DNA from: a virus | IMG/VR virus record: IMGVR_UViG_3300029787_000002 | Location: 32,001-96,000 of that record | Strand: one strand, 5' to 3' | DNA: 64,000 bases | Part shown: positions 8,736-18,221 of the stretch, one piece after another | How the letters are laid out: each line of letters begins with the position of its first letter | How positions within the stretch are numbered: the stretch's first letter is position 1 | The notes under the pieces: generated by a model | Databases searched by the model: none | The model's input: the letters and a program-made list of their open reading frames with translations, nothing else | Told to the model about the DNA's origin: nothing | Program-made: the position numbers and the translations under genes

Positions 8736-8776
8736 ATTGTACTCGGAATTGACATCCTTGTCAAGTATGCTATAAT
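8736..8776. promoter_or_regulatory. Bidirectional sigma70-type promoter upstream of g55
   Basis: Plus strand: TTGACA 8749-8754, 16 bp, TG-n-TATAAT 8771-8776. Minus strand: TTGACA 8764-8759, 17 bp, TACAAT 8741-8736. Confidence 0.75.
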
Positions 8777-8797
8777 AACAACAGCACTTAAACACAC

Positions 8798-9271
8798 ATG
8801 AAGCGAGTCGCCAAGAAAAAACAACACTACGTTGATAACAAAAAGTTCCTAGATGCAATCGTCGAATACAAACGACGTGTTGATGTTGCTAAAGAAAAGG
8901 GACTGGATAAACCTCGTGTCAACGATTATATTGGCGGTTGCTTTCTTAAGATAGCAAATCATCTGTCATTCCGTCCTAACTTTATCAACTATATGTACAA
9001 GGACGATATGATTTGTGATGGTATTGAAAATTGTATTCAATATATCGACAACTTTAATCCTGAAAAATCCAAGAACCCTTTTGCATACTTCACACAGATC
9101 GTATACTACGCATTCCTGAGAAGGATTGCTAAAGAGAAACGGCAGATGGACATCAAAGATAAGATCATTGACAAGTATGGATACTCGGATGTATTCACAG
9201 TTGACGGATCAGCAACAACCGACTATAATAGTATCAAGTCTAATATCCAAGTTAAGACTCGTCGTCAATGA
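8798..9271 (+). CDS. g55: Late-transcription sigma factor gp55
   Basis: HYVDNKKF, KIANHLS.RPNF.NY and NPFAYFTQI. Confidence 0.96.
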   Translation: MKRVAKKKQHYVDNKKFLDAIVEYKRRVDVAKEKGLDKPRVNDYIGGCFLKIANHLSFRPNFINYMYKDDMICDGIENCIQYIDNFNPEKSKNPFAYFTQIVYYAFLRRIAKEKRQMDIKDKIIDKYGYSDVFTVDGSATTDYNSIKSNIQVKTRRQ

Positions 9272-9278
9272 TTTCATT

Positions 9279-10310
9279 ATGAAAATACTCCTGATAACTG
9301 ATCAGCATTTCGGTGTCAGAGGAGACAATCAACACTTTATCAATCACTATAAAAAGTTTTATGGTAAGGTGGTGATTCCTTTTATCAAAGCATCGGGTAT
9401 TAAAGATATTATTTGTCTAGGAGATACGTTTGATAAACGTAGATCTATCAATTTTATGTCTCTGGACGAGGCAAAGAAAATGTGGTTTGATCCTATTGAC
9501 CAACTAGGATGTAGGATGACTATGCTTGTTGGTAATCATGACATTTACTACAAGAATACTTTGCGGGTGAATGCTGCAACTCAAATCTTAGGTGACTATG
9601 ATTTTAAAGTTGTTGAACAACCAACTGAACTGGAGTATGACGGTCTGAAGATCCTCATGCTTCCATGGATTTGTGATGACAATCGCGATGAAGTCTTTAA
9701 TATTGTAGCATCAACTGATGCGAAAGTATGTATGGGTCACTTAGAACTGAATGGTTTTGAGGCACACCCAGGACATGTCATGGAAAGTGGCATGGATAAA
9801 ACTTTGTTTGATAAGTTCAAACGTGTGTTCACTGGACACTATCATCAGAAATCTACTAAAGGTAATATCAGTTACCTAGGCAACCCTTATCAACTATATT
9901 GGAATGACTACGGATGCAAAAGGGGGTTTCACGTTTTTGATACGGATACTCTTAAGACTACTTTTTATAGGAATCCCTTTGACACTTTTCATAAATTGTA
10001 TTATAATAATGGAGTTAGTATCCCAGAGTCGGCAGAACTCGAAGGAGGTTTTGTAAAACTAATCGTTGAAGAAAAAGGCGATTACCAAAAGTTTGATTAC
10101 ACAGTCAAACAACTACAAAACATCGGTCTTGGAGATCTTAAGATTGTCGAAGACCTTAGTGCTGAACTAGAGTGTTCGGATACTACCCTTGAAACAGAGG
10201 ACACTATGACGTTACTCGAATCATACATAGATGAGATAGAACTAAAAGTCAATAAGACTAATATCAAATCTGTAATGAGATCTTTATACGTCGAAGCGTC
10301 TGAACTTTAA
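9279..10310 (+). CDS. g47: Recombination nuclease gp47 (Mre11-like)
   Basis: TDQHFG, GDTFD, GNHD and GHYH; true start taken as ATG 9279. Confidence 0.95.
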   Translation: MKILLITDQHFGVRGDNQHFINHYKKFYGKVVIPFIKASGIKDIICLGDTFDKRRSINFMSLDEAKKMWFDPIDQLGCRMTMLVGNHDIYYKNTLRVNAATQILGDYDFKVVEQPTELEYDGLKILMLPWICDDNRDEVFNIVASTDAKVCMGHLELNGFEAHPGHVMESGMDKTLFDKFKRVFTGHYHQKSTKGNISYLGNPYQLYWNDYGCKRGFHVFDTDTLKTTFYRNPFDTFHKLYYNNGVSIPESAELEGGFVKLIVEEKGDYQKFDYTVKQLQNIGLGDLKIVEDLSAELECSDTTLETEDTMTLLESYIDEIELKVNKTNIKSVMRSLYVEASEL

Positions 10311-10567
10311 TGTTTGTTTTAACCGAAGTTGGTACTGGTGGTGTCTATGCTTGCACTAATAAGGAAAAGCAGAAAACTGTAACTGTCTTTGAAAACGAAG
10401 ACGATGCTGAACGGTATGCTATTCTATTAGAAGCAACTGATTACCACAAAGAACTTGAACTCATGGAAGTTGATCCTGATATCATTGCCATGAACTGTGT
10501 TAACTACAACTATAAGTTTACAATCATTAAATCTAACGAACTGATCGTACCTATTATTAAAGAATGA
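10310..10567 (+). CDS. Conserved hypothetical protein
   Basis: FENEDDAERYA motif; between g47 and g46. Confidence 0.7.
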   Translation: MFVLTEVGTGGVYACTNKEKQKTVTVFENEDDAERYAILLEATDYHKELELMEVDPDIIAMNCVNYNYKFTIIKSNELIVPIIKE

Positions 10568-12285
10568 TTACCTTTGAAACACTTCGTTGGAAGAACTTTC
10601 TTTCGACAGGTGACCAATGGACCGAAATCGATTTAGATGGAAGTCCTTCTACATTAATCGTGGGCAGTAATGGCAGTGGGAAATCGACTATGCTCGATGC
10701 CCTTTGTTTTGCTTTGTTCAACAAACCCTTTAGACAGATTACTAGGGGACAACTAGTAAACAGTATCAATGAAAAGGGACTCAAAGTAGAGGTGACATTC
10801 TCTATTGGTAAGGATGATTATAGAGTATTCAGGGGTGCAAAACCTAACGTCTTTGAACTGTACAGGAATAATAAACTAGTTGATCAAGATGCTGCAGCAA
10901 AAGATACGCAGAAATATCTTGAGCAATCAGTTCTTAAACTTAACTATAAGTCTTTCACACAAGTTGTCATCTTAGGTTCATCAACCTTTGTACCTTTTAT
11001 GCAACTCAAAGGACCTCATAGGAGAGAAGTTATTGAAGATCTACTGGACATCAAGATCTTTTCACAAATGAATCTGTTGCTTAGGGATAGAGTCCGAGCA
11101 ACCATGGCATCAAGCAAAGAATGTGATCACCTGTTGACTGTAGCAGAACAACAAGTATCATCACAACAGAAATTATTAGATAACTTGACCGAGATCAATA
11201 AGTCTCGTCAGGATGAAAGAGAAAAAAAGATCAAAGACAATCGAGTAATGATTGAAGGTCTTGAAAAAGAAAGAGAAACTAAAAAGAAAGAACTATCTGA
11301 ACTCGAAGTTAAGTTAGTTGATGTTGAAGATAAGAGAAGTTCAATGTCAGATCTTAAAAGCGACAAAGCAGATATCACTGCAGAACTAAAATTGGCAAGG
11401 AAAGATATTAAGTTCTTGGAATCTCATGAAGAGTGTCCTACATGCAATCAACTTATTGAAAATGATTTTAGGCAGGCAAGAGTTGGTGTTCTACAAGGCA
11501 AATCTAAAATACAATTAAAGGAACTAGATAAAATTAAGAATGGTATTGATGATCTATTCAGGTCTATTGCTGAAGCAGATGATATGTCTATGCAATGCCA
11601 TGAAAAGAGAAGTGAAATTAGTCAAAGTGAACGTGATATTGTAAGAGTTGAAATGGAAACTCTTAAGATTCAGGATGAGTTGTTTAATCTGAGAGAGAAT
11701 CGTCCATCTATTGATAAGGAAGAGAAAGAACTTAAGGTCTTGCAGAAAGAACTTGCAGAAACTCAAGAAGGGTGTGCAAAAATTAGTAAGAAACTGGATG
11801 AGTTCCAAGTTGTATCACATTTATTGCGTGATGGGGGCATCAAAAGTCAAATCATTAAGAAGTATGTGCCAGTTTTTAACAAACTAATTAATAAATACCT
11901 TAACAACATGGACTTCTTTGTTAATTTTACTCTTGATGAAGAGTTTAACGAGACATTGAAGAGCAGATTTAGGGATGAGTTTACATATTCTTCTTTCTCA
12001 GAAGGTGAAAAGCAGAAGATTGATCTAGCACTACTGTTTACATGGAGAGAAGTTGCTAGAATGAAAAATAGTGTAGCAACTAATCTATTGATTCTTGATG
12101 AAGTATTCGATTCTTCTCTTGATGCAGGTGCAACTAACGAGTTACTTCAAATTTTGAGAGCACTAGGACATTCAACTAACCTATTTGTCATCTCACATAA
12201 AGGTGAGATCTTAGTTGATAAGTTTCTAAGGACTTTAAAGTTTGAAAAGATTAATGATTTCAGTAAAATGTCGGATGATTCCTAA
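10564..12285 (+). CDS. g46: Recombination ATPase gp46 (Rad50-like)
   Basis: GSNGSGKS, CPTC zinc hook, FSEGEK and LILDEVFD. Confidence 0.96.
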   Translation: MITFETLRWKNFLSTGDQWTEIDLDGSPSTLIVGSNGSGKSTMLDALCFALFNKPFRQITRGQLVNSINEKGLKVEVTFSIGKDDYRVFRGAKPNVFELYRNNKLVDQDAAAKDTQKYLEQSVLKLNYKSFTQVVILGSSTFVPFMQLKGPHRREVIEDLLDIKIFSQMNLLLRDRVRATMASSKECDHLLTVAEQQVSSQQKLLDNLTEINKSRQDEREKKIKDNRVMIEGLEKERETKKKELSELEVKLVDVEDKRSSMSDLKSDKADITAELKLARKDIKFLESHEECPTCNQLIENDFRQARVGVLQGKSKIQLKELDKIKNGIDDLFRSIAEADDMSMQCHEKRSEISQSERDIVRVEMETLKIQDELFNLRENRPSIDKEEKELKVLQKELAETQEGCAKISKKLDEFQVVSHLLRDGGIKSQIIKKYVPVFNKLINKYLNNMDFFVNFTLDEEFNETLKSRFRDEFTYSSFSEGEKQKIDLALLFTWREVARMKNSVATNLLILDEVFDSSLDAGATNELLQILRALGHSTNLFVISHKGEILVDKFLRTLKFEKINDFSKMSDDS

Positions 12286-12425
12286 TGGTATGTAAAGTAA
12301 CACTGTATAAAGCAGGAACTGTATTCACTGAAGAAGTGATTGCTATTGATTACGAAGATGCGAAGAAAGTAGCACTTGCAAGAAACCCTGGTGCACAGGT
12401 GATGAGTGTAACTTCGGTCATGTGA
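12285..12425 (+). CDS. Small conserved cyanophage protein (46 aa, not in the ORF track)
   Basis: MVCKVTLYKAGTVFTEEVIAIDYEDAKKVALARNPGAQVMSVTSVM; TAATG-coupled to g46. Confidence 0.7.
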   Translation: MVCKVTLYKAGTVFTEEVIAIDYEDAKKVALARNPGAQVMSVTSVM

Positions 12426-12478
12426 CAGTTGAATAAGTGGCACAACAAGTGGCACATGCTTGATCAGTCTGCTATAAT
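12422..12478 (+). promoter_or_regulatory. Early-type promoter with upstream palindrome
   Basis: GTGACAGTTGAATAAGTGGCACA, then TG-n-TATAAT 51 bp after the motif start. Confidence 0.75.
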
Positions 12479-12499
12479 AGGTATATACAAAGGAGATAC

Positions 12500-14686
12500 A
12501 TGATCAATCCAGAAGTCAAAGGCACACTCGCAAAACTACTCGCAACTGAGAACCTTACTGTAGAGCACCGTAAAGTGACTACAGCATATTTTGATGTTGA
12601 GAAGCGTGTTCTTTGTCTGCCTATCTGGAAGACTGCATCTAACACTGTCTATGACCTTCTAGTTGGTCATGAGGTTGGACATGCTCTATACACTCCTAAC
12701 CAAGGTCTTGATGGTGTCAACAAAGGTTTCGTAAATGTTCTTGAGGACATTCGTATCGAGAAGATGATGAAGGTGACCTACCCTGGTCTTCGTAAATCTT
12801 TCTTCCAAGGATATACTGAACTATGGAAAGATGATTTCTTTGGTGTGAATGAAGAAGATATCACCAAACTTCCTTTCATCGATCGTATCAATCTTTTCTA
12901 CAAAGGCAATCCTGAGATTCAGTTCACAGAAGAGGAGCAAGTGTATGTAGATCGTGCTGCTAATACTAAAACATTTGATGATGTTCTACAACTTGCAGAA
13001 GATCTATTCGGTCGTGCAGAAGATATTGAAGATAACAAAATGGACATGCCTCTACCATCACCAGAAGCATCACCAGAAATGGGTGGACAAGGTGAAGGTG
13101 AAGTAACTCCTCAATCATCACAGAATGAACCAACCCAAGAAGGAGATGGTGCAGACCAATCTGCAGAATCTCAACCAAGTCAGTCTGACTCAGACGGTTA
13201 TGGTAATGAGAATGCAGTGATCACTACTAATGGTGTAAACTCATTTGGTCAGGAAGAGTATGATGAGACTGAAAGTATCACTCAAGAAGCATTCAATCAA
13301 GCACTAGAGACTCTTATCGATGACAATGCTAAAGAGTGGGTTTATCTAAGTCTTCCAACTGTAGATCTTAGTGAGGTTGTTATTGGTCACAAAGAAGTTC
13401 AAGAAGATCTTAACAAGCACTATATCTTGGCAGAGCGTCCAGAACTAGAGGGTTCTTATTCTAATCGCACTGAAAAAGAAGCAGGCGAGTACAAACAATA
13501 TGTTGGTGAGCAGGTACAGTTAATGCGTAACGGTTACGAATCATACAAAAAGAATGCAGCAAAATCTGTTAACTATCTTGTAAAGCAGTTCGAGATGAAA
13601 AAGTCTGCTGATGATTACAAGCGTCAGTCTACTTCTCGCACTGGTGTTATCGATACCAACTCACTGTACAAGTACAAGTTGACTGATGACATCTTCAAGA
13701 AGATCACAGTTGTTCCTGATGGTAAGAATCATGGTCTTGTAATGCACATTGACTGGTCTGGTTCTATGTCTAATATCCTTTTGGATACATTGAAGCAAAC
13801 TTACAATCTTGTTTGGTTCTGCAGAAAAGCAGGTATCCCATTCAGAGTTCTTGCATTCCAAGATTCATATCACCACTCTCGTGAAGAAAACCATGGCAAA
13901 CAGGGTGATCTAAACATTCATCAGTCTTTCAAACTTCTTGAGTTCTTCAACTCAAAGCAGAACAAACAGTCTCTTGACAAGTCTATGTTCTTGGTCTGGT
14001 GTCAGGTATGGTCCATGGGTGGATACAATGTTCAGGCACATAGCAAGTATGGTCTTGGCGGTACTCCACTTGCTGAAGCAGTTCTTTGCACTCGTCAAAT
14101 TGTTGACCAGATGAAGAGAGAAGAGAACATTCAAAAAGTAAATGTTGTTTGTCTTACTGATGGTGAAGCAAATCCAATGGCATTCAATGAGTGGTATGAA
14201 CCAGGTTCTGAGCACTACGAACCATACATGAAGAGATCTTCTCTTTGTCATCAAATGGGTAAGGTATTTTACCTTCGTGACCCTAAGACTGGTTTCACTA
14301 AGAAGATCAGCAACAGTCCTTACACTACAACTAAGGAGATTGTAGGTTTCCACAGAGAGATTACTGATTACAACTGGATTGGTATTCGTATCTGCAGTAA
14401 GAGTGAACTCGGTCGTGCAGTTCGTAACAACGTGGACACTGTACCTGCTGACATGGACAAGAAGTGGAAGAAGGAAAAGTTCTTCTCTATCTCAAAGCAA
14501 GCAGGATTCTCTGAGTCTTTCTACATCCCTGATAGAAATCTTGGTGCTGAATCTGAAGATCTTGCGGTTTCTCAAAAAGGTGAAGTTGCTACCAAGGCAG
14601 AACTACAACGTGCATTCAAAAAGCACATGGGTTCTAAGATGGGTAACAAGACTATCTTGAACAAGTTCATCGAACAGATCGCGTGA
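12500..14686 (+). CDS. Metallopeptidase-VWA protein (CobT-like)
   Basis: HEVGH zincin motif, acidic linker, and MIDAS elements DWSGS, GGTPL and LTDGE. Confidence 0.85.
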   Translation: MINPEVKGTLAKLLATENLTVEHRKVTTAYFDVEKRVLCLPIWKTASNTVYDLLVGHEVGHALYTPNQGLDGVNKGFVNVLEDIRIEKMMKVTYPGLRKSFFQGYTELWKDDFFGVNEEDITKLPFIDRINLFYKGNPEIQFTEEEQVYVDRAANTKTFDDVLQLAEDLFGRAEDIEDNKMDMPLPSPEASPEMGGQGEGEVTPQSSQNEPTQEGDGADQSAESQPSQSDSDGYGNENAVITTNGVNSFGQEEYDETESITQEAFNQALETLIDDNAKEWVYLSLPTVDLSEVVIGHKEVQEDLNKHYILAERPELEGSYSNRTEKEAGEYKQYVGEQVQLMRNGYESYKKNAAKSVNYLVKQFEMKKSADDYKRQSTSRTGVIDTNSLYKYKLTDDIFKKITVVPDGKNHGLVMHIDWSGSMSNILLDTLKQTYNLVWFCRKAGIPFRVLAFQDSYHHSREENHGKQGDLNIHQSFKLLEFFNSKQNKQSLDKSMFLVWCQVWSMGGYNVQAHSKYGLGGTPLAEAVLCTRQIVDQMKREENIQKVNVVCLTDGEANPMAFNEWYEPGSEHYEPYMKRSSLCHQMGKVFYLRDPKTGFTKKISNSPYTTTKEIVGFHREITDYNWIGIRICSKSELGRAVRNNVDTVPADMDKKWKKEKFFSISKQAGFSESFYIPDRNLGAESEDLAVSQKGEVATKAELQRAFKKHMGSKMGNKTILNKFIEQIA

Positions 14687-14740
14687 CACTTGAATAAGTG
14701 GCACACACCCATTGCACACAGCAGTTGTACCTGCTATAAT
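14683..14740 (+). promoter_or_regulatory. Early-type promoter with upstream palindrome
   Basis: GTGACACTTGAATAAGTGGCACA, then TG-n-TATAAT 52 bp after the motif start. Confidence 0.75.
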
Positions 14741-14774
14741 AAGTACATAACAAACAAACAATCCTTTTAATACA

Positions 14775-15845
14775 ATGACTTTCGCTCCAAACCCAGTTAC
14801 TACTGAACAACTCGTTGACTATCTTACCAATAAGGTTGGTACTGATGTTGGTTGTTCTGATATTCGTTCTGCTGCGAAGGTCCTCAAAGTTGGATATGAG
14901 ACTGCTTGCAGGAGACTCAAAGAATACAAGACAGGTATCGGTAAATGGAATCTTACTACTCAAGAGATCGAAAAAATTTACGAAGCACCTGCTGCACAAC
15001 CTGCAGTAGAACCAACCTACATCCCTGATAAAGATGCTTCCTATGTCCAGTTTGGTACTTACACACCGATTAAAAAGATTATCAAGTCTAAACTCTTTTA
15101 TCCTGCATTCATTACAGGTCTTTCTGGCAACGGTAAAACAATGTCCGTTGAGCAAGTTTGTGCAGACCTTGGTCGCGAATTGATTCGTGTAAACATTACT
15201 ATTGAGACTGATGAAGACGATCTTATTGGCGGTTTCCGTCTTGTTGATGGGTCAACTGTTTGGCATAACGGACCTGTCATCGAAGCACTCGAAAGGGGTG
15301 CAGTCCTGCTACTCGACGAGATTGACCTTGCTAGTAACAAGATCCTCTGCCTACAATCCGTTCTTGAAGGGAAGGGTGTGTATCTGAAGAAGATCGGTAA
15401 GTATGTTCGTCCTGCTAAAGGATTCACAGTTATCGCTACTGCTAACACAAAAGGTAAGGGCAGTGATGATGGTAGGTTCGTCGGTACTAATGTATTGAAT
15501 GAAGCATTCCTTGAGCGTTTCCCTATCACTATCGAGCAAGAGTATCCTTCTTCTGCTATCGAGACTAAGATTCTTGTTGCTAATGGATGTGATAAAAACT
15601 TTACTGAGAATCTTGTCAAGTGGGCAGGTGTTATCCGTAAGACATTCTATGATGGTGGTGTTGATGAAGTTATCACTACTCGTAGACTTGTGCACATTGC
15701 TAAGGCATACTCCATCTTCGGTGATCGTCTTCAAGCAGTTACTCATTGTGTGAACCGTTTCGACAATGACACTAAGCAATCATTCCTTGACCTTTATACA
15801 AAGGTTGACGCAGGAGAAGAAACAGAGTATAATGAAGAGGACTAA
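14775..15845 (+). CDS. cobS: MoxR/CobS-like AAA+ ATPase
   Basis: GLSGNGKT, LLLDEID, ATANTKG and NEAFLERF. Confidence 0.9.
   Translation: MTFAPNPVTTEQLVDYLTNKVGTDVGCSDIRSAAKVLKVGYETACRRLKEYKTGIGKWNLTTQEIEKIYEAPAAQPAVEPTYIPDKDASYVQFGTYTPIKKIIKSKLFYPAFITGLSGNGKTMSVEQVCADLGRELIRVNITIETDEDDLIGGFRLVDGSTVWHNGPVIEALERGAVLLLDEIDLASNKILCLQSVLEGKGVYLKKIGKYVRPAKGFTVIATANTKGKGSDDGRFVGTNVLNEAFLERFPITIEQEYPSSAIETKILVANGCDKNFTENLVKWAGVIRKTFYDGGVDEVITTRRLVHIAKAYSIFGDRLQAVTHCVNRFDNDTKQSFLDLYTKVDAGEETEYNEED
15805..15833 (+). promoter_or_regulatory. Sigma70-type promoter for the clamp operon
   Basis: TTGACG, 17 bp, TATAAT inside the 3' end of cobS. Confidence 0.65.
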
Positions 15846-15860
15846 ATCCTCTTCTATATT

Positions 15861-16142
15861 ATGAAGTATCAAGAAGATACGATACTTGAAGAACTACGAT
15901 CATACATCAGTTCGACGTATGGTCAACATTACTCTTCAGGTAATGACAGTATTCAGACTCTCGATTTGATTCAAGCATGTGGGGACGCTGAGGCATTCTG
16001 TCGTAGTAATATTCTTAAGTACGCTTCACGGTATGACAAAAAGGGATCTGCACAAATGGATCTCTTGAAGGTCATGCACTACGCTGTACTCCTTTACCAT
16101 TTTAATCAAAAAGACAAAGAAATCGAAACCTATCCTCAATGA
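15861..16142 (+). CDS. DUF3310-like conserved phage protein
   Basis: HY...IQTLDLI, F..SNILKY..RY.KKG and DLLK. Confidence 0.75.
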   Translation: MKYQEDTILEELRSYISSTYGQHYSSGNDSIQTLDLIQACGDAEAFCRSNILKYASRYDKKGSAQMDLLKVMHYAVLLYHFNQKDKEIETYPQ

Positions 16143-16798
16143 CAGTAATCACTCCCCAAACAATTGAAGTCCTTAAAAACTTTTGTGCGATCAACAAATC
16201 AATCGTTATCAAACCAGGTAATACGATTTCTACTCTGAGCATTAACAAGAACATTCTTGCTATTGCTGAAGTTCAAGAACAGTTTGAATCTGAGATCAGC
16301 ATTTATGATTTGGGTCTTTTTGTTAACGGTCTCTCTCTTTTTGATCAACCAAAGATTGACACCAATAGCAAAAGTTTCGTAGTCGTTAGTGATGAAGTTG
16401 GTCGCTCTAAGACACGGTTCTTCTATGCTGATCCTGAAATCATTACTCAGGCACCTGAGGAAGAGATCAAACTTCCTGACATGGATGTTCACTTTCACCT
16501 AGATTCTGAAACCCATAAGCAACTCAATAAGGCAGCAGCAATCTATCAACTCCCAGACCTTTGTTTGTTTGGTGATGGTGAGGAGATGAATCTCTGTGTT
16601 ACTGACAAGAAGAACGAAACTTCTAATAACTTCTCAGTTAAGGTTGGAAACACAGATCAAACATTCTGTTATTGCTTCCGAGTTGAGAACTTGAAACTTC
16701 TTGCAGGTGCATATGATGTATCTGTTAGTAGTAAAAACGTTGCCAAATTCCAAGGAACTGGCATCAAGTACTATATCGCACTTGAACCTAATGAATGA
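16139..16798 (+). CDS. g45: Sliding clamp gp45
   Basis: LKNF.AINKSI, IYDL..F and YYIALE. Confidence 0.94.
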   Translation: MTVITPQTIEVLKNFCAINKSIVIKPGNTISTLSINKNILAIAEVQEQFESEISIYDLGLFVNGLSLFDQPKIDTNSKSFVVVSDEVGRSKTRFFYADPEIITQAPEEEIKLPDMDVHFHLDSETHKQLNKAAAIYQLPDLCLFGDGEEMNLCVTDKKNETSNNFSVKVGNTDQTFCYCFRVENLKLLAGAYDVSVSSKNVAKFQGTGIKYYIALEPNE

Positions 16799-17735
16799 TG
16801 ATTTTCTCTGGGTTGAGAAATACCGTCCTAAAATTATTGACGAGTGTATTCTACCCCAGAATGTGAAAGACACCTTCACTAACTTTGTAGAGCAGGGGGA
16901 GATTCCTAATCTTCTTCTCTCTGGCACAGCAGGTGTAGGTAAGACAACTATTGCGAAAGCACTTTGTAATGAACTAGGAGCAGACTCTTATGTCATCAAT
17001 GGATCTGATGAAGGTCGATTCTTGGACACTGTACGCAATCAGGCAAAATCCTTTGCTGCTACTGTGTCTCTTACTTCTTCTAGCAAGCACAAGATTCTTA
17101 TCATTGATGAAGCAGACAATACGACACCCGACGTACAACTACTCCTTAGGGCATCGATCGAAGAGTTTCAAAAGAACTGTCGTTTTATCTTTACCTGTAA
17201 CTTCAAGAACAAGATAATCGAACCCCTGCATAGTCGAACAACTGTTATCGACTTCAATGCTCGTGGTAAGATCAAACAAGAACTTGCTGCATCATTCTTT
17301 GAAAGATGTCGTGACATTCTTACTTCCGAGAAGGTTTCATTCTCCGACAAAGTTGTTGCTGAGGTTGTACAAAAATACTACCCAGACTTCCGACGTACTC
17401 TCAATGAACTTCAAAGGTATGCTTCATCAGGAAGTATTGACACTGGTATCCTAGCAATCCTAGGTGATGCCAAGATCGATACTCTTGTTGGTGCTATGAA
17501 AACCAAGAAGTTTAATGATGTAAAGAAATGGGTACAACAGAATCTAGATTCAGATCCTGCTGCTATCCTAAGACAGATCTACGATAATCTATCATCTATT
17601 ATGGATGGTCCTAGCACTGCAGCAGCAGTTCTAATTATTGCAGACTATCAATACAAATCTGCATTCGTAGCAGATCAAGAAATTAATCTGTTAGCATGTC
17701 TAACTCAACTTATGATGGAGTGTAATTTTAACTAA
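16791..17735 (+). CDS. g44: Clamp loader large subunit gp44
   Basis: LWVEKYRP, GTAGVGKTT and IIDEAD; start ATG 16791. Confidence 0.96.
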   Translation: MNDDFLWVEKYRPKIIDECILPQNVKDTFTNFVEQGEIPNLLLSGTAGVGKTTIAKALCNELGADSYVINGSDEGRFLDTVRNQAKSFAATVSLTSSSKHKILIIDEADNTTPDVQLLLRASIEEFQKNCRFIFTCNFKNKIIEPLHSRTTVIDFNARGKIKQELAASFFERCRDILTSEKVSFSDKVVAEVVQKYYPDFRRTLNELQRYASSGSIDTGILAILGDAKIDTLVGAMKTKKFNDVKKWVQQNLDSDPAAILRQIYDNLSSIMDGPSTAAAVLIIADYQYKSAFVADQEINLLACLTQLMMECNFN

Positions 17736-17974
17736 TGGGACCAGGAGAAATGCTCGCTATACGCGACCTAATCGCATCATGCCCACCAGTGTATACCCTA
17801 CCTGGAACTTGGACTAAGTGTAATGCAATCATCCCACATTACAATGCAGATCCAAACATTACTCTTGCTATCAGTGTAGGAGTTATCGTAGCACTTTTTA
17901 CCTTCTATGGTGTCTACCGAGGATTTTTTGCAAACGAAGGACTAGACGACCCATTTGACGATCATGACGACTAA
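17735..17974 (+). CDS. psbN: PsbN-like protein with N-terminal extension
   Basis: Single TM helix ending YGVYRGF, then LDDPFDDHDD, matching the PsbN C-terminal L.DP(F/W)(D/E)(D/E)H.D signature. Confidence 0.75.
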   Translation: MGPGEMLAIRDLIASCPPVYTLPGTWTKCNAIIPHYNADPNITLAISVGVIVALFTFYGVYRGFFANEGLDDPFDDHDD

Positions 17975-18221
17975 ACGAGACAAAGTACGACATCAAGTGA
18001 AAAGTAGATTCTACTATCTGTTCTGGGGCACTGCTACTGTTGCAGTTGTTGCAGGACAAGTTTATGTTGGAGCAGGTTACAGAATGTATTCAAGGAGTTT
18101 GAATAGGTTATTCAATTCTATTGATGCTGTTATTATTCCTCAACCAAAACCCAGAGGATACTATGCACCTTTAGTTCCACCACCTCCTACTGGAGATCCT
18201 GGTTACATTGAATGGTTGTAA
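17964..18221 (+). CDS. Small membrane protein
   Basis: Basic N-terminus, one TM segment (FYYLFWGTATVAVVAGQVYVG) and a Pro-rich tail. Confidence 0.65.
   Translation: MTTKRDKVRHQVKSRFYYLFWGTATVAVVAGQVYVGAGYRMYSRSLNRLFNSIDAVIIPQPKPRGYYAPLVPPPPTGDPGYIEWL

Noticed and set aside
14775-15845. cobS as evidence of cobalamin synthesis
   Set aside because: There is no cobN or other cob gene in the window, and the partner protein carries a peptidase motif.
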